From NCBI GenBank assembly GCA_036339735.1, contig JAYZAL010000038.1:64001-128000 (forward strand): 64,000 bases of DNA. Direction: 5' to 3'. Source of the DNA: Candidatus Poribacteria bacterium (GTDB taxonomy: Bacteria; Poribacteria; WGA-4E; UBA9662). Below are positions 39,249-49,514 of this stretch, piece by piece. A program made the translations under genes and the position numbers. The notes under the pieces were generated by a model that made no database searches, was not told the origin of the DNA, and saw only the letters and a program-made list of their open reading frames with translations. Position 1 is the stretch's first letter. Each line of letters starts with the position of its first letter.

Positions 39249-41570
39249 TTATTGAATTTGGTATTTGTTTCCAGCTTCAGCCGAAAATGAAACAGTACAA
39301 TCGTCGACGACTTGACAGTTGATGATTTCACCGGATCTGTCTTTGACGGTCAAGTGACGATCTGCTCGGATTTGGCAAATTTTAGCCTTTTGAGCCTTAA
39401 TGAAGGCGTACTCTATAGACCGGTTCGCCCAAGAAAAATCAACCGTAAACCCTCCTCTCGCACGTAAACCGGCAATTCTACCTGTTGGCCAATCCACAGG
39501 TAGAGCGGGCAAGAAATGAATAGCATCATTGTGGCTTTGAAGTAACATCTCAGCTAAACCGGCTGTGCCACCGAAATTACCGTCAATTTGGAAGGGAGGA
39601 TGAGTATCTAATAAATTGGGTAAAGTACAGCGTGTTAATAGGTCGAGGAGATTCTGATAAGCCAATTGACCATCTTCTAATCGAGCAAAAAAATTAACGA
39701 GCCAAGCCCGACTCCAACCAGTGTGCCCACCACCGTGTGATAGTCGGTAATTTAGCGATTTACGGGCGGCTTCTGCTAGTTCAGGTGTGTTTCTCAGAGT
39801 TATTTGGCAACCTGGATGTAGCCCATACAAGTGAGACATATGTCGATGACCTGGTTCAGGTTCATCATAATCCTCTATCCATTCCTGAAGTCGGCCAGTT
39901 TCGGGGCTAATCTGTAAAGGTGCTAATTTAGATAATGCATCACTCACGTCAGATTGAAATTCTATCTCAAAACTAGCATCGTCTTGCTGAATCTCGGAAA
40001 TAGCTGATAGGCAATTGGTAAATAGATCATGAGCAATCTGCAAATCCATTGTAGCACCATAGGTAAACTGAGAAATGGTACCATCCTTTTTTCGAAATTG
40101 GTTCTCTGGAGAGTGCGAAGGATTAGTAACGAGTTTCCCTGCAACGGCAGTATGATCAGGTGCGGGAACTAAAAAATCAAGCATAAACTCAGTTCCACCC
40201 TTAATTAATGGGTAAGCTACTTCTCTCAGAAACTGACGATCTTGACCAAAGATATATTGTTCCCAAGGATGCTGACAAAGCCATGCCCCACCTACTGGCC
40301 AGATCCCCCAAATACCATCAGCAGGCACAGTGAACCCCCAGATATCAGATAAATGATGTACGGTCCAACCCTTTGCCCCATAGTGAATTTTTGCTGTTCT
40401 CTGACCTTCGTATACTAGGTTTTGCATGTAGTCGAATAGCGGTCGATGGCATTCGGCCAGATTACAGACTTCGGCTGGCCAGTAGTTCATTTGTAAATTA
40501 ATATTGGTATGAAAATCGCTGTTCCATGGAGCTTTCAGGTGGTTGTTCCAGATTCCCTGTAGATTAGCAGGCAAACTACCAGGCCTAGAACTACCCATCA
40601 ACAAATACCGACCAAACTGAAAATAAAGAGCGAATAATTGAGGATCATCACCACCATTTTGTAAGATTCTGAGCCGTTCATCAGTCGGCAAACCCGGGTC
40701 TTTCCCTAGTTCAATTTCAACTCGACGAAATAGATTCCGATGATCGGCTAAGTGACGTTGACGTAGTCGATTTTCGTCACTACTTGTTAGTTTAGATAGT
40801 ATTTGTTTGCAAATTTCCGAAGGGTCAGCAGATGTGTCATCCTGATTGATGTAACTAGTCGCAGCAGACACAACTATCGTACACTCAGTAGCTGATTGTA
40901 TTATCATCCGGCCATCTTTATTAGTACTTATTTCTCCGTTGGTGTTCAGTACGTGCAAATGACTTGAAAATCGTAGTCCCTTAGACCCAATTTGACCAAC
41001 TAACCCAACCGTTGTATCGTCAATTTCAGTGGCCCGGGCGTCTTGTTCTCTACTGAGCCAAACCTGAAAATTAACCGTAGTATCATTCAAAATATGGATT
41101 ACTATCACTTGGTCTACTGCCGAAATATATACGTCTCTCTGACAGCCAATATTTCCAAATTGGTAGCGGCTAGTGGCTATACCGGTGTCGAGATCAAGTT
41201 CTCGCCTATAATCAATTGTTTCAGCATCTAAATTGGTAAGCTCACTAAATTTTAGGTTAAGGTCACAAAAAGTTTGGTAAGAATCGATACGACATGGATT
41301 ACCCAACATTGTTTCAGCTGCCAGCTTTGCCGCTTGTTCGTTTTGGTCATCAAATAATAATTGCCTTACCTTTGGTAATGCCTCCAGTGCTTTCGGGTTG
41401 TGTCGATCAAACTTACGTCCATCCCAAAGAGTTTCTTCGTTTATCTGAATTTGTTCCTGATCAATTCCACCAAAAACCATTGCTCCCAGTTTACCATTGC
41501 CGATCGGTAACGCTTCAACCCAGTTTTTAGCTGGTTGCCGATACCAAAGTTTGAGTTCACTTTTATCCAT
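39249..41570 (-). CDS. Glycoside hydrolase family 95 (alpha-1,2-L-fucosidase-like), no signal peptide
   Basis: LWY..PA..W.EALPIGNG, FGRYLL, NLQGIW, NINLQMNYW, LQEW, HRHMSHL, TGWS, FQIDGNFG. Confidence 0.95.
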   Translation of the reverse strand: MDKSELKLWYRQPAKNWVEALPIGNGKLGAMVFGGIDQEQIQINEETLWDGRKFDRHNPKALEALPKVRQLLFDDQNEQAAKLAAETMLGNPCRIDSYQTFCDLNLKFSELTNLDAETIDYRRELDLDTGIATSRYQFGNIGCQRDVYISAVDQVIVIHILNDTTVNFQVWLSREQDARATEIDDTTVGLVGQIGSKGLRFSSHLHVLNTNGEISTNKDGRMIIQSATECTIVVSAATSYINQDDTSADPSEICKQILSKLTSSDENRLRQRHLADHRNLFRRVEIELGKDPGLPTDERLRILQNGGDDPQLFALYFQFGRYLLMGSSRPGSLPANLQGIWNNHLKAPWNSDFHTNINLQMNYWPAEVCNLAECHRPLFDYMQNLVYEGQRTAKIHYGAKGWTVHHLSDIWGFTVPADGIWGIWPVGGAWLCQHPWEQYIFGQDRQFLREVAYPLIKGGTEFMLDFLVPAPDHTAVAGKLVTNPSHSPENQFRKKDGTISQFTYGATMDLQIAHDLFTNCLSAISEIQQDDASFEIEFQSDVSDALSKLAPLQISPETGRLQEWIEDYDEPEPGHRHMSHLYGLHPGCQITLRNTPELAEAARKSLNYRLSHGGGHTGWSRAWLVNFFARLEDGQLAYQNLLDLLTRCTLPNLLDTHPPFQIDGNFGGTAGLAEMLLQSHNDAIHFLPALPVDWPTGRIAGLRARGGFTVDFSWANRSIEYAFIKAQKAKICQIRADRHLTVKDRSGEIINCQVVDDCTVSFSAEAGNKYQIQ

Positions 41571-41740
41571 CACTTTCCGACTCCATTCAGATGTATGATT
41601 AGTCAAATCCTTAGAGCAGTCTAATTATCATCTACAAAGTTGAATTACGCAAGAATTACGGGTTGCGAGATCCTTTTCCAGTTGCTAAAATGCCGGAGTG
41701 TTGAGCCTTCGATTCAATTTTGTTCATTCAGGTTTTAGAT

Positions 41741-42313
41741 GTGGGTGGTTTTAAACAACATTACATTAGTGGTGTGGTGGTTTACACCACTTTCTTTATT
41801 ATTTCAATGGCTGTTTCCGTTATGGGCTGGCTACTGTTTGAGTTGCCAATGAACTGGAACCCAACGATTCCCACGGCCATACTACCTGCATTGTTTTGCT
41901 TCACAATCTCTTTTTTGTGTAGTTTGTGGCCGGATGTAGATATCAAAAGTAAGAGCCAGCAAATTTTTTATACGCTATTTGTCACAATTAATCTGATTTT
42001 GATTTTCAAAGGATTGTATCGGATCTCTGCTTTTTTGGGACTGTTTGCCATGCTACCAATGCTTAGTAAACATCGTGGCTGGACACATTCTCGCCTAACC
42101 ATGATCATTTTCCCAACCCTGTTTGTTATTATTCCACTTTACTTTGAGTCAGGAGTTAGCAATATGATTGATTTCTGGCAGCAACTCAAGAATTTAGATT
42201 GGCTGACTGAAGCTAAAAGAGGTCTACCAGCTTATTTAGCAGGTGTCATTGGCTATGCGACTCATCTCCAAGTTGATGGTATTCTTCATCGGTTGCCGCA
42301 AAATCGTGCTTGA
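41741..42313 (+). CDS. Membrane-bound metal-dependent hydrolase (YdjM-like)
   Basis: FKQH, PDVD, HRGWTHS, HLQVD with TM helices. GTG at 41741; the track gives 41720. Confidence 0.75.
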   Translation: MGGFKQHYISGVVVYTTFFIISMAVSVMGWLLFELPMNWNPTIPTAILPALFCFTISFLCSLWPDVDIKSKSQQIFYTLFVTINLILIFKGLYRISAFLGLFAMLPMLSKHRGWTHSRLTMIIFPTLFVIIPLYFESGVSNMIDFWQQLKNLDWLTEAKRGLPAYLAGVIGYATHLQVDGILHRLPQNRA

Positions 42314-43559
42314 TTTATCCCCGATCGCTCTCAATATCCAACTACTGCATCAGTTTACGAAATCTCAGAAAGAAAAATTGTATTTAGTTGGTGGATCAGT
42401 CCGTGATCTAATACTCAACCGATCAATAACAGACCTTGATTTTGTAGTGGATAGGAATGCCATTGGCTTAGCAAAAAAATTTGCTGGATCAATCAATGGA
42501 ACTTTTATTCAGTTAGAAACAAACCCGCCTACAGCTCGGATTATTCACAAGCAATCACAATTAGCAACTATATACGATTTAGCTCAGTTTCGTGGTCCTG
42601 ATTTAGCCACAGATCTAAGTAGGCGAGATTTGACAATCAATGCTATGGCTTATGATTTAGACAGACAAATTATAATTGACCCGTTCGGTGGACAACAAGA
42701 TTTGAGGGACCAAGTAGTACGTTTCATTAATAGGCAATCAGTTATTGATGATCCGCTCCGGATGCTACGCTTATTCCGCCTATCAGCACAACTTGGTTTT
42801 CGAATTCCGACTGATTCAATCGGCTTAGTCACGAGTCTATCGAACCATATAAAGAGATCGGCCATAGAGCGAATACGGGATGAGTTTTTGAAAATGTTAG
42901 AAACACAGTCATCTGCACCGATTCTTGATCAAATGCAGGCTACTGGTTTATTAGAACATTTTTTACCAGTCAATTGCTACAAAGCAATCTCGAAGCGTAT
43001 TCATGCTTTCGAAGTGAAGCCTATTCCATCTTCACTTGCTAATTATCTAAATCAGATTGATCCGTCAAATAACTACTTTAGTAGAAAAGTCATCGGTAGT
43101 TTCAGTCGATCTACACTGACCAAATTGAGCTTGATCGCACCATTAGAACAGCTGAAGCCATTGTATCTAGGCCGGAAAGTTGAAAAAATATTGACAGAAT
43201 GGTTTTCGCGTGACCAGTTTTTTCCCAAGTTAGGCGAAGAACCGACAGTTTTTTTACGCCAGATCAAAGATGAGTGGTTGGGTGTAGTTGCCCGACGCTT
43301 CGCATCTATGACAGGCAAAGTTACCACTCACTTTGATCCCATTGTACTTTCAATTGCTGCATGCTACTATGGAAAGATGAGGCTTATATGGCAAAATGGA
43401 CCTTTAATGACGGGCAAGCAGCTGATAGAAAATTTTGGGATCCAAGAAGGACCAAAAATTGGGGAAATTTTGGCCTACTTGGAAAACCTTCAATTTTCTG
43501 GTTCGATAGAAAGTCCTCAGCAAGCATATGAAGCCGTAACCAAATACTTAGACCATTAG
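42306..43559 (+). CDS. cca: Class II tRNA nucleotidyltransferase, probably CC-adding
   Basis: VGGSVRD..DLDF, DLSRRDLTINAMA, DPFGG..DL, DDPLRMLR, ERIRDE, GPKIG; flexible loop absent; no HD motif. Confidence 0.85.
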   Translation: MLDLSPIALNIQLLHQFTKSQKEKLYLVGGSVRDLILNRSITDLDFVVDRNAIGLAKKFAGSINGTFIQLETNPPTARIIHKQSQLATIYDLAQFRGPDLATDLSRRDLTINAMAYDLDRQIIIDPFGGQQDLRDQVVRFINRQSVIDDPLRMLRLFRLSAQLGFRIPTDSIGLVTSLSNHIKRSAIERIRDEFLKMLETQSSAPILDQMQATGLLEHFLPVNCYKAISKRIHAFEVKPIPSSLANYLNQIDPSNNYFSRKVIGSFSRSTLTKLSLIAPLEQLKPLYLGRKVEKILTEWFSRDQFFPKLGEEPTVFLRQIKDEWLGVVARRFASMTGKVTTHFDPIVLSIAACYYGKMRLIWQNGPLMTGKQLIENFGIQEGPKIGEILAYLENLQFSGSIESPQQAYEAVTKYLDH

Positions 43560-43636
43560 CCAAAACTGTCAGCTAAACACATGTTGATATTATTTTTTGT
43601 CCCGTTTATTTCGAAAAATTGTTTAGGAGTAAAGTA

Positions 43637-44380
43637 ATGACTGAATTTGAACTCCATCTCAGAAGTCAGATTCAACCCTTCAAAGGTAGCAATGAATGGC
43701 ACACTATTAGCCTAGAGTATTCAGTTCCTATACAGCAAACGGCACTGTTATTGTGCGATATTTGGGATAAACATTGGTGCCGGAGCGCAACCTATCGTTG
43801 CGGGAAAATTGCGCGACAGGCTAACCTAGTAGCAGAGTCAGCTCGACAAAAAGGAGCACAAATTATTCACGCACCGTCTGATACGATGGAATTTTATGAA
43901 GATTTTGAGCAACGTCAGATGATGCAGAATTTGGCTCATTCAGAAATGCCTACACCACTTGATTTGCCGGATCCACCCCAACCTATTGATGCTTCAGACG
44001 GTGGGTGCGATGATGATCCACAATGCGAAGCCGGCGGACCTTGGACTCAGCAAGATCCCATTATTGAAATTGGAAAAAGTGATGGAATTTCGGACAATGG
44101 TCAAGAGGTTTATAATCTTTTGCGGTTAAAAGGCATTAGCACTTTACTAATTATGGGCGTTCATACCAACATGTGCATTTTGGGTCGGTCATTTTCCATT
44201 AAAGCTATGACTCGAATTGGTATCAACTGTATTTTGGTTCGTGATTTAACAGACGCTATGTACAATCCGAAAAAGGCACCATTTGTTAGCCATCAAAAGG
44301 GTACTGAGTTAGTAATCGAATATATTGAAAAGTATTGGTGCCCAACTATTCTCAGTCGAGACTTGCTGTTAATGGAATGA
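43637..44380 (+). CDS. Isochorismatase-like cysteine hydrolase
   Basis: AGGAG RBS; LLCDIWDKHWC, IIHAPS, GVHTNMC, RDLTD. Confidence 0.78.
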   Translation: MTEFELHLRSQIQPFKGSNEWHTISLEYSVPIQQTALLLCDIWDKHWCRSATYRCGKIARQANLVAESARQKGAQIIHAPSDTMEFYEDFEQRQMMQNLAHSEMPTPLDLPDPPQPIDASDGGCDDDPQCEAGGPWTQQDPIIEIGKSDGISDNGQEVYNLLRLKGISTLLIMGVHTNMCILGRSFSIKAMTRIGINCILVRDLTDAMYNPKKAPFVSHQKGTELVIEYIEKYWCPTILSRDLLLME

Positions 44381-44384
44381 GTAG

Positions 44385-45470
44385 TTAGTTTTTATTGTTT
44401 ATCTCTAAGCTTAATTCTTCTTCTAAGGTCCGTATTTCAGCTAGTGTATCAGTTCGAGGGTCCAGACTATAGGCCACTTTAAAAGCTTCGAGGGCTGAAT
44501 CTGGTTCTTCGAGGAAAGAACGGTAAATTTGGCCCATAGAAAGCCATGCGTCAATCTCTTCTGGATCTAAGCTAACGATTTGCTGGTAAACCAGCAAGGC
44601 TTGATCGTAAAGTCTCATGTCTCCTTGACCACGTTCTAAAGCGGAGGCTTGCCCATACAAACGCGAAATCAGTTCTTGTTTAGCTTCCACGAAATTTGGA
44701 CTTAGATCAACAGCTTCAACTAATAGTTGGAGAGCTGAATCAGTCATTTGATTTAGATTTTGGATTTGCCTATCCGTCAGAGTCTGATCAGAGTACTGTA
44801 GTTTCTGGCTTTTTCGGGAATAGGTACGGGCCAGCTGTAGTCGAGATAACAGGCCATAAGCAATAGGAGTGTTTGCTGATGACTTTAGGTCTACATCGCT
44901 ATTGATGGCTTGTTGGTAATGATTGATTGCCAAGTCGAACTGATTGGCACCTTGATAAAGAATACCCAACTGATAATGAGCTTCTGGATTATTATTAGAT
45001 TGCTGTAAGACTTTTAGAAATGCCTCTACAGCCAATGCTCTTTCGCCCTGATCGATGTATAATTTACCTTTTAGCAAATGAATTATAATATTATCAGGAG
45101 CAATATTACTCGCCTTTTCTAGGTGTTGAAACGAGTCTTCCACCCAACCACTTTGAAAATAGATATCAGAAATCCGAACATGAGCATGTAGTAGCCAGCC
45201 TCTGGATTCTTTGGATTGGTTTTCCATAGCTTGTACACCTTGCCAGTATTTAAGCAAAGCTAGACTCATATTTTGATTATTGAATGCATCATCAGCTTGA
45301 GCGACCAACTCGTTTGGTGGCAACAGCACTGATCTTTTGTCATTACTACTCTTCATGTACCATATAGATAGGCCTAGGAAGGCCAAAAATATACAGGTTT
45401 CGCATGTAATCTGAACTAGGAGTACTGGTGATAGATCGATTAGTTTGTTAGAACTCAACTGGTCAGTCAT
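44385..45470 (-). CDS. Membrane-anchored TPR protein
   Basis: N-terminal TM helix; multiple TPRs (EAHYQLGILY, DAWLSMGQIY). Confidence 0.8.
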   Translation of the reverse strand: MTDQLSSNKLIDLSPVLLVQITCETCIFLAFLGLSIWYMKSSNDKRSVLLPPNELVAQADDAFNNQNMSLALLKYWQGVQAMENQSKESRGWLLHAHVRISDIYFQSGWVEDSFQHLEKASNIAPDNIIIHLLKGKLYIDQGERALAVEAFLKVLQQSNNNPEAHYQLGILYQGANQFDLAINHYQQAINSDVDLKSSANTPIAYGLLSRLQLARTYSRKSQKLQYSDQTLTDRQIQNLNQMTDSALQLLVEAVDLSPNFVEAKQELISRLYGQASALERGQGDMRLYDQALLVYQQIVSLDPEEIDAWLSMGQIYRSFLEEPDSALEAFKVAYSLDPRTDTLAEIRTLEEELSLEINNKN

Positions 45471-45495
45471 CGTTTATTTTTCCTCGGTTGAGGAT

Positions 45496-45879
45496 TTATA
45501 CTAGTTCATCTTTGATAGGAGAAAAATAGGCTAAGCCGATAGTTAAGCCAGTAGTGATTAATAGCAAGTCTAAAATAGCTTCGACAAGAGCGATATTGAT
45601 ATACGGATTTCCTTGACCTGAAGTCCAGGTTACTGCCAGCAGAGCTGCCAGTAAGTAGACGTGCTTCGCCCATCTTTGCAACATGAATAACCCTACGTAT
45701 CCTATAATACTTGAGACTACAACAACAATCATTGAAATGATATCGCGTTGGTTTATATCCAAAAGAACTTCTTCATACTCTTTGTCTAAATTTTCCGATA
45801 AAGCAAAGACTGCAAAAGCTAAAACAATCAGCGCCCAATGAGCGGCGATTATCAAGCGAAAGATTTGTTTAAGTTCCAC
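45496..45879 (-). CDS. Hypothetical 4-TM membrane protein
   Basis: AGGAG RBS, GTG start, four hydrophobic segments. Confidence 0.65.
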   Translation of the reverse strand: MELKQIFRLIIAAHWALIVLAFAVFALSENLDKEYEEVLLDINQRDIISMIVVVVSSIIGYVGLFMLQRWAKHVYLLAALLAVTWTSGQGNPYINIALVEAILDLLLITTGLTIGLAYFSPIKDELV

Positions 45880-45941
45880 AATATAAATCTCCTAAAACAG
45901 TTTGATTGGGAAATTTCACCAAAAGCTAGATTTTTTATGAT

Positions 45942-48900
45942 TTATGAACAGCTGGATTGTGCATCACAGTAAGAAGCCATCTCACAAGTTTGACAAATTT
46001 TCTCTGGTCGTTTAGCCATGTCGAAATCTCTAGCTTCAATTTTTTTCACTATTTGATTGAATGGTTCCATATTCAAGTCTTTATCTCGTCTTTGTAGTGT
46101 GAGTATGGGATGATCGTTACGTGAAGTCAAATACAGGCTTACTCTTAACACTGATCGTTTTTTATGGTCTTGATTTTCGACTAAATAAGCGTAAATATCT
46201 AATTGGTGTCGGTATTGCTCTAGTTTATCCGTATCTAGTTCAAGTTCTTCTTGTCGGCCTGTTCGAAAGTCAATAATCTCTAGCCCATTTTTATAACGCT
46301 TAACTAAGTCTACTTTTCCATTGAGAATATATTTCCCTTCCGAACGAGACACATTTAATTCAGACCACTCAATCAACGACCAGCTTTCTTTTTCTCTCTC
46401 TACGTAACGAAACACATCTTGCCAAGCCTGATCCAAACTGCGTTCTTGTAGATCAAGTCCTTTTTGATATTGCAGAACAGTGTAATTGTATTCTAATCGA
46501 TCCCTTAGCCAATCTTCATCAATCGCTGGAATCCGACTGTTTTTTTGTTGCTCTAGGACCTTTTGATGGATATCTTGGATTGTATGGTGAACCAATGTGC
46601 CAAATAGCCACGGTTCTTTTTCGTAACGAACGAAATTCAATTCTTGAAAAAAATGATACTGACGAGGGCAACTAGAAAATAAGTTGAAGTGTTCCGAGAA
46701 GGTATAGGGTTGTATCACGTCCGATTTTTTCACTGATTTTAGTCGCCGTTTAGGTGCCGGGAGCGTCTGCTTAATGCCACTTGGAACTTGAGATAATAAT
46801 TTTTCAAGTTCCAAATGTGGTTTTTTTTCCCAGGTCATGACCAGCATGTCTTGAGCTCGAGAAAAAGCAGTGTAAAACAATCTCCAAGCGTCGAAATCGG
46901 AAACTTTCCATTCAGGTTCCTTGCCAGATTTTGAAATTTGTTTAATAAATGATTCTAAGCGAGATATTTTAGCCGAATGGCCTAAAGTGTCTAACGATGT
47001 CAATACTACAACTGGAAATTCTAGACCTTTGGCTTGATGAATAGTCATAAAAGTAACACAACCACTCGGACAGACAACCAATTCATCTTCATACTCCGAC
47101 ACATCGTTGTACAAAAAGGTCATAAATTTATTGAAAAAATTCTGAACTTGCGTGGCCAAATTGTCACGATTGAAAGAAACTACTCGGTGATGGCGTTGAA
47201 ATGATTCCAGAATTTCCGACATTTTTGCCAAATTATGAGCTGAACGTCTTTCTAGTTCAGTATCAGTTTTTTTAACATATTGTGCAAACAAATCGAACTG
47301 TAGTAACCCATAAAATGACTTAACCAATGTTTGATCGGTATCTTTTTCTAAATTTTGAAAAAAATCGGCTTGCTTTTTACACCACTGGGCCAAGCCATGG
47401 TTCTCAGTCTTATCTAACTCTTTTTGAAAAAGAGGTCGACATTGATGATCGTAGTACTCCCAAATTGCGAGCTTCGCCGTTTGATTCCATCGTCTCAGTT
47501 GCTCAAAGTCAGCAAAGAGAGAGATTAGTCCACCAATTATTAATTGAATCTCCCGCCGTTGAAAGAACATCCTGGCCCGTGGGGAGTAGACACCAATGCC
47601 CTCAGTTTCTAGAGCCTTCTGAAGCCTTTGTACTTCTGGATCTCTAACTGAACGAGATAGAAAAACTACTTGATTCCAATCATTAATGTAACCTTTTGAT
47701 TTCAACTGTTTTAGGAAATGTGGGATATTTAATTGACTATTAGGAACTTGGAATACGGATGGTTGTTTTCGGTCAAAGTTGTGCTCACTAGATGGAACAA
47801 TCTCTTTCTCGTGCCGGAAAGTTTGTCCGTTTTCGTTCCAAGCCCCCTTTTTCATCCATTCGTTATAAAATTCGATGATACTAGGATGTGAGCGAAAATT
47901 AGTTTCTAAACGGATTTTCTTGCAGACCCCTGGTTTAAAGCGATTGGAAAAATCTAAGATATTTTCAACTCTAGCTGAACGGAATCGGTACAAGCTTTGG
48001 TCATCATCACCCACTACGCATATATTCTGATTTTTTCCAGCTATATCGAATAGTAAACGTTCTTGGATAATACTGGTGTCTTGGTATTCATCGACCATAA
48101 TATACTGAACTTGGCTTTGCAATTCTTCTAAAACAGTTGGATGTAGGCGAAATAGCCGTAGGGTTTCTGCTTGCACACTACTAAAATCGACCACCTTGGA
48201 TTCAACCAAATGCTGACGGTATAGTTGGTAACAATCAGCTAGACCATGCAGTTCCTGTTTCGATGTGTTTTTCAATGAATCTAGATCTATCATCTCTTCA
48301 TTGATCCGATTCATCCAATACTTTATATCGGATGCGTAGTTCCAACGCCGAGCTTCTGGAGGTAACGGGTGGCTTGAACGAGATTGACTATCTATCCGGC
48401 TATCAGTCTTGGCCCATATGTGTTGAGTGTGTGCAATTCTCTGATATTGGTCAAGACGTTCATATATGAAATACTGTTGATCAAAATCGTCTAATTGTAC
48501 CACTTGCTTGGCAAATTCAGTTCGGTTGATATACTTACGAAGAATTGATAAACAAATGGAATGAAAGGTCCCTATATACATGTCATCTAAGCGAAAGGCT
48601 ATCTTAGCATTAGCTAATTGAGTAGAAATCCGTGAGATTAACTCACGGGCAGCTTTATTAGTAAACGTAACAACTAACAAGTTTTCAGGCGCTAACTCTT
48701 TCTCACGAACTAAGTGTACGACTCTTTCAACTAGGGTAAAGGTTTTTCCTGAGCCAGGTCCAGCGATGACTAACAGAGGGCCTTCGGTATTAGTGATAGC
48801 GTCTCTTTGAGCGGATGTCGGAGTTCGAGAAGCAGGAGTTGGAGAAGAATTTACCACATGACGATGTGGTGTAGCTGGCAGCCTACGGGACTGAGCGACG

Positions 48901-48947
48901 GGAATATCTGATTCAGGAAAGAGGTATTGACTTATTTCGTTTGACAC
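45942..48947 (-). CDS. UvrD/PcrA-type SF1A helicase fused to a C-terminal PD-(D/E)XK (RecB/Cas4-like) Fe-S nuclease domain
   Basis: AGPGSGKT, TFTNKAA, DEYQD, VGDDDQ, NFRS, TIHQAKGLEF, FSRA; C-terminal SCPRQY, GTLVH, GKVDL..IIDFRTG, CQTC...C. Confidence 0.9.
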   Translation of the reverse strand: MSNEISQYLFPESDIPVAQSRRLPATPHRHVVNSSPTPASRTPTSAQRDAITNTEGPLLVIAGPGSGKTFTLVERVVHLVREKELAPENLLVVTFTNKAARELISRISTQLANAKIAFRLDDMYIGTFHSICLSILRKYINRTEFAKQVVQLDDFDQQYFIYERLDQYQRIAHTQHIWAKTDSRIDSQSRSSHPLPPEARRWNYASDIKYWMNRINEEMIDLDSLKNTSKQELHGLADCYQLYRQHLVESKVVDFSSVQAETLRLFRLHPTVLEELQSQVQYIMVDEYQDTSIIQERLLFDIAGKNQNICVVGDDDQSLYRFRSARVENILDFSNRFKPGVCKKIRLETNFRSHPSIIEFYNEWMKKGAWNENGQTFRHEKEIVPSSEHNFDRKQPSVFQVPNSQLNIPHFLKQLKSKGYINDWNQVVFLSRSVRDPEVQRLQKALETEGIGVYSPRARMFFQRREIQLIIGGLISLFADFEQLRRWNQTAKLAIWEYYDHQCRPLFQKELDKTENHGLAQWCKKQADFFQNLEKDTDQTLVKSFYGLLQFDLFAQYVKKTDTELERRSAHNLAKMSEILESFQRHHRVVSFNRDNLATQVQNFFNKFMTFLYNDVSEYEDELVVCPSGCVTFMTIHQAKGLEFPVVVLTSLDTLGHSAKISRLESFIKQISKSGKEPEWKVSDFDAWRLFYTAFSRAQDMLVMTWEKKPHLELEKLLSQVPSGIKQTLPAPKRRLKSVKKSDVIQPYTFSEHFNLFSSCPRQYHFFQELNFVRYEKEPWLFGTLVHHTIQDIHQKVLEQQKNSRIPAIDEDWLRDRLEYNYTVLQYQKGLDLQERSLDQAWQDVFRYVEREKESWSLIEWSELNVSRSEGKYILNGKVDLVKRYKNGLEIIDFRTGRQEELELDTDKLEQYRHQLDIYAYLVENQDHKKRSVLRVSLYLTSRNDHPILTLQRRDKDLNMEPFNQIVKKIEARDFDMAKRPEKICQTCEMASYCDAQSSCS

Positions 48948-49514
48948 CGATTTGAGTACAATTTAATACAAATTTACCTCACTGACCGAATTATAACTTA
49001 TAAAGTCTACTTAATCTAAGATTGATAAATCTGAGTGAGTCGGAAAAAGATAAAAGAGATCAACTAAAATTTTCAGATCAAAAATCGAATCAACTTTGTC
49101 CTGACGATGATTGTTCGATGGTTCTGCTCAGAAAATAAGCCAATACGCTACCTGTTATGGTAATACGTTATAGGTTACAAATTTATGATTTCTTGATCTG
49201 AAGAGCATCTTTCCCCACAGTCTTACTTGACCAATAAGATCGAGTGCCCATATCTTTTTAAAAAAGTATTTTTCAACTATTCTAGGTTCGAGGCATAATA
49301 TTTTTGGCAATTCTGATCCTAATACCCTTAGCAGACATTCATTAACATTGAATCAATATATCATCTTTTCTACATTGGAAAGTCTCAACCAATTTCTTTT
49401 TTGCCTTATCTAAATTGCTATTTGCTTTAGAGTGAGAAAAAGATTAGAATGAAAAATTAAGAATCTAATCTACAAAGTAGCCTAGTGTGAGCAAAAAATG
49501 AAGAGGGTAAATAA

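Noticed and set aside
45942-48947. Assignment of the helicase to Gabija or another named defence system
   Set aside because: No GajA/OLD nuclease or other partner is adjacent, and the architecture differs from GajB.
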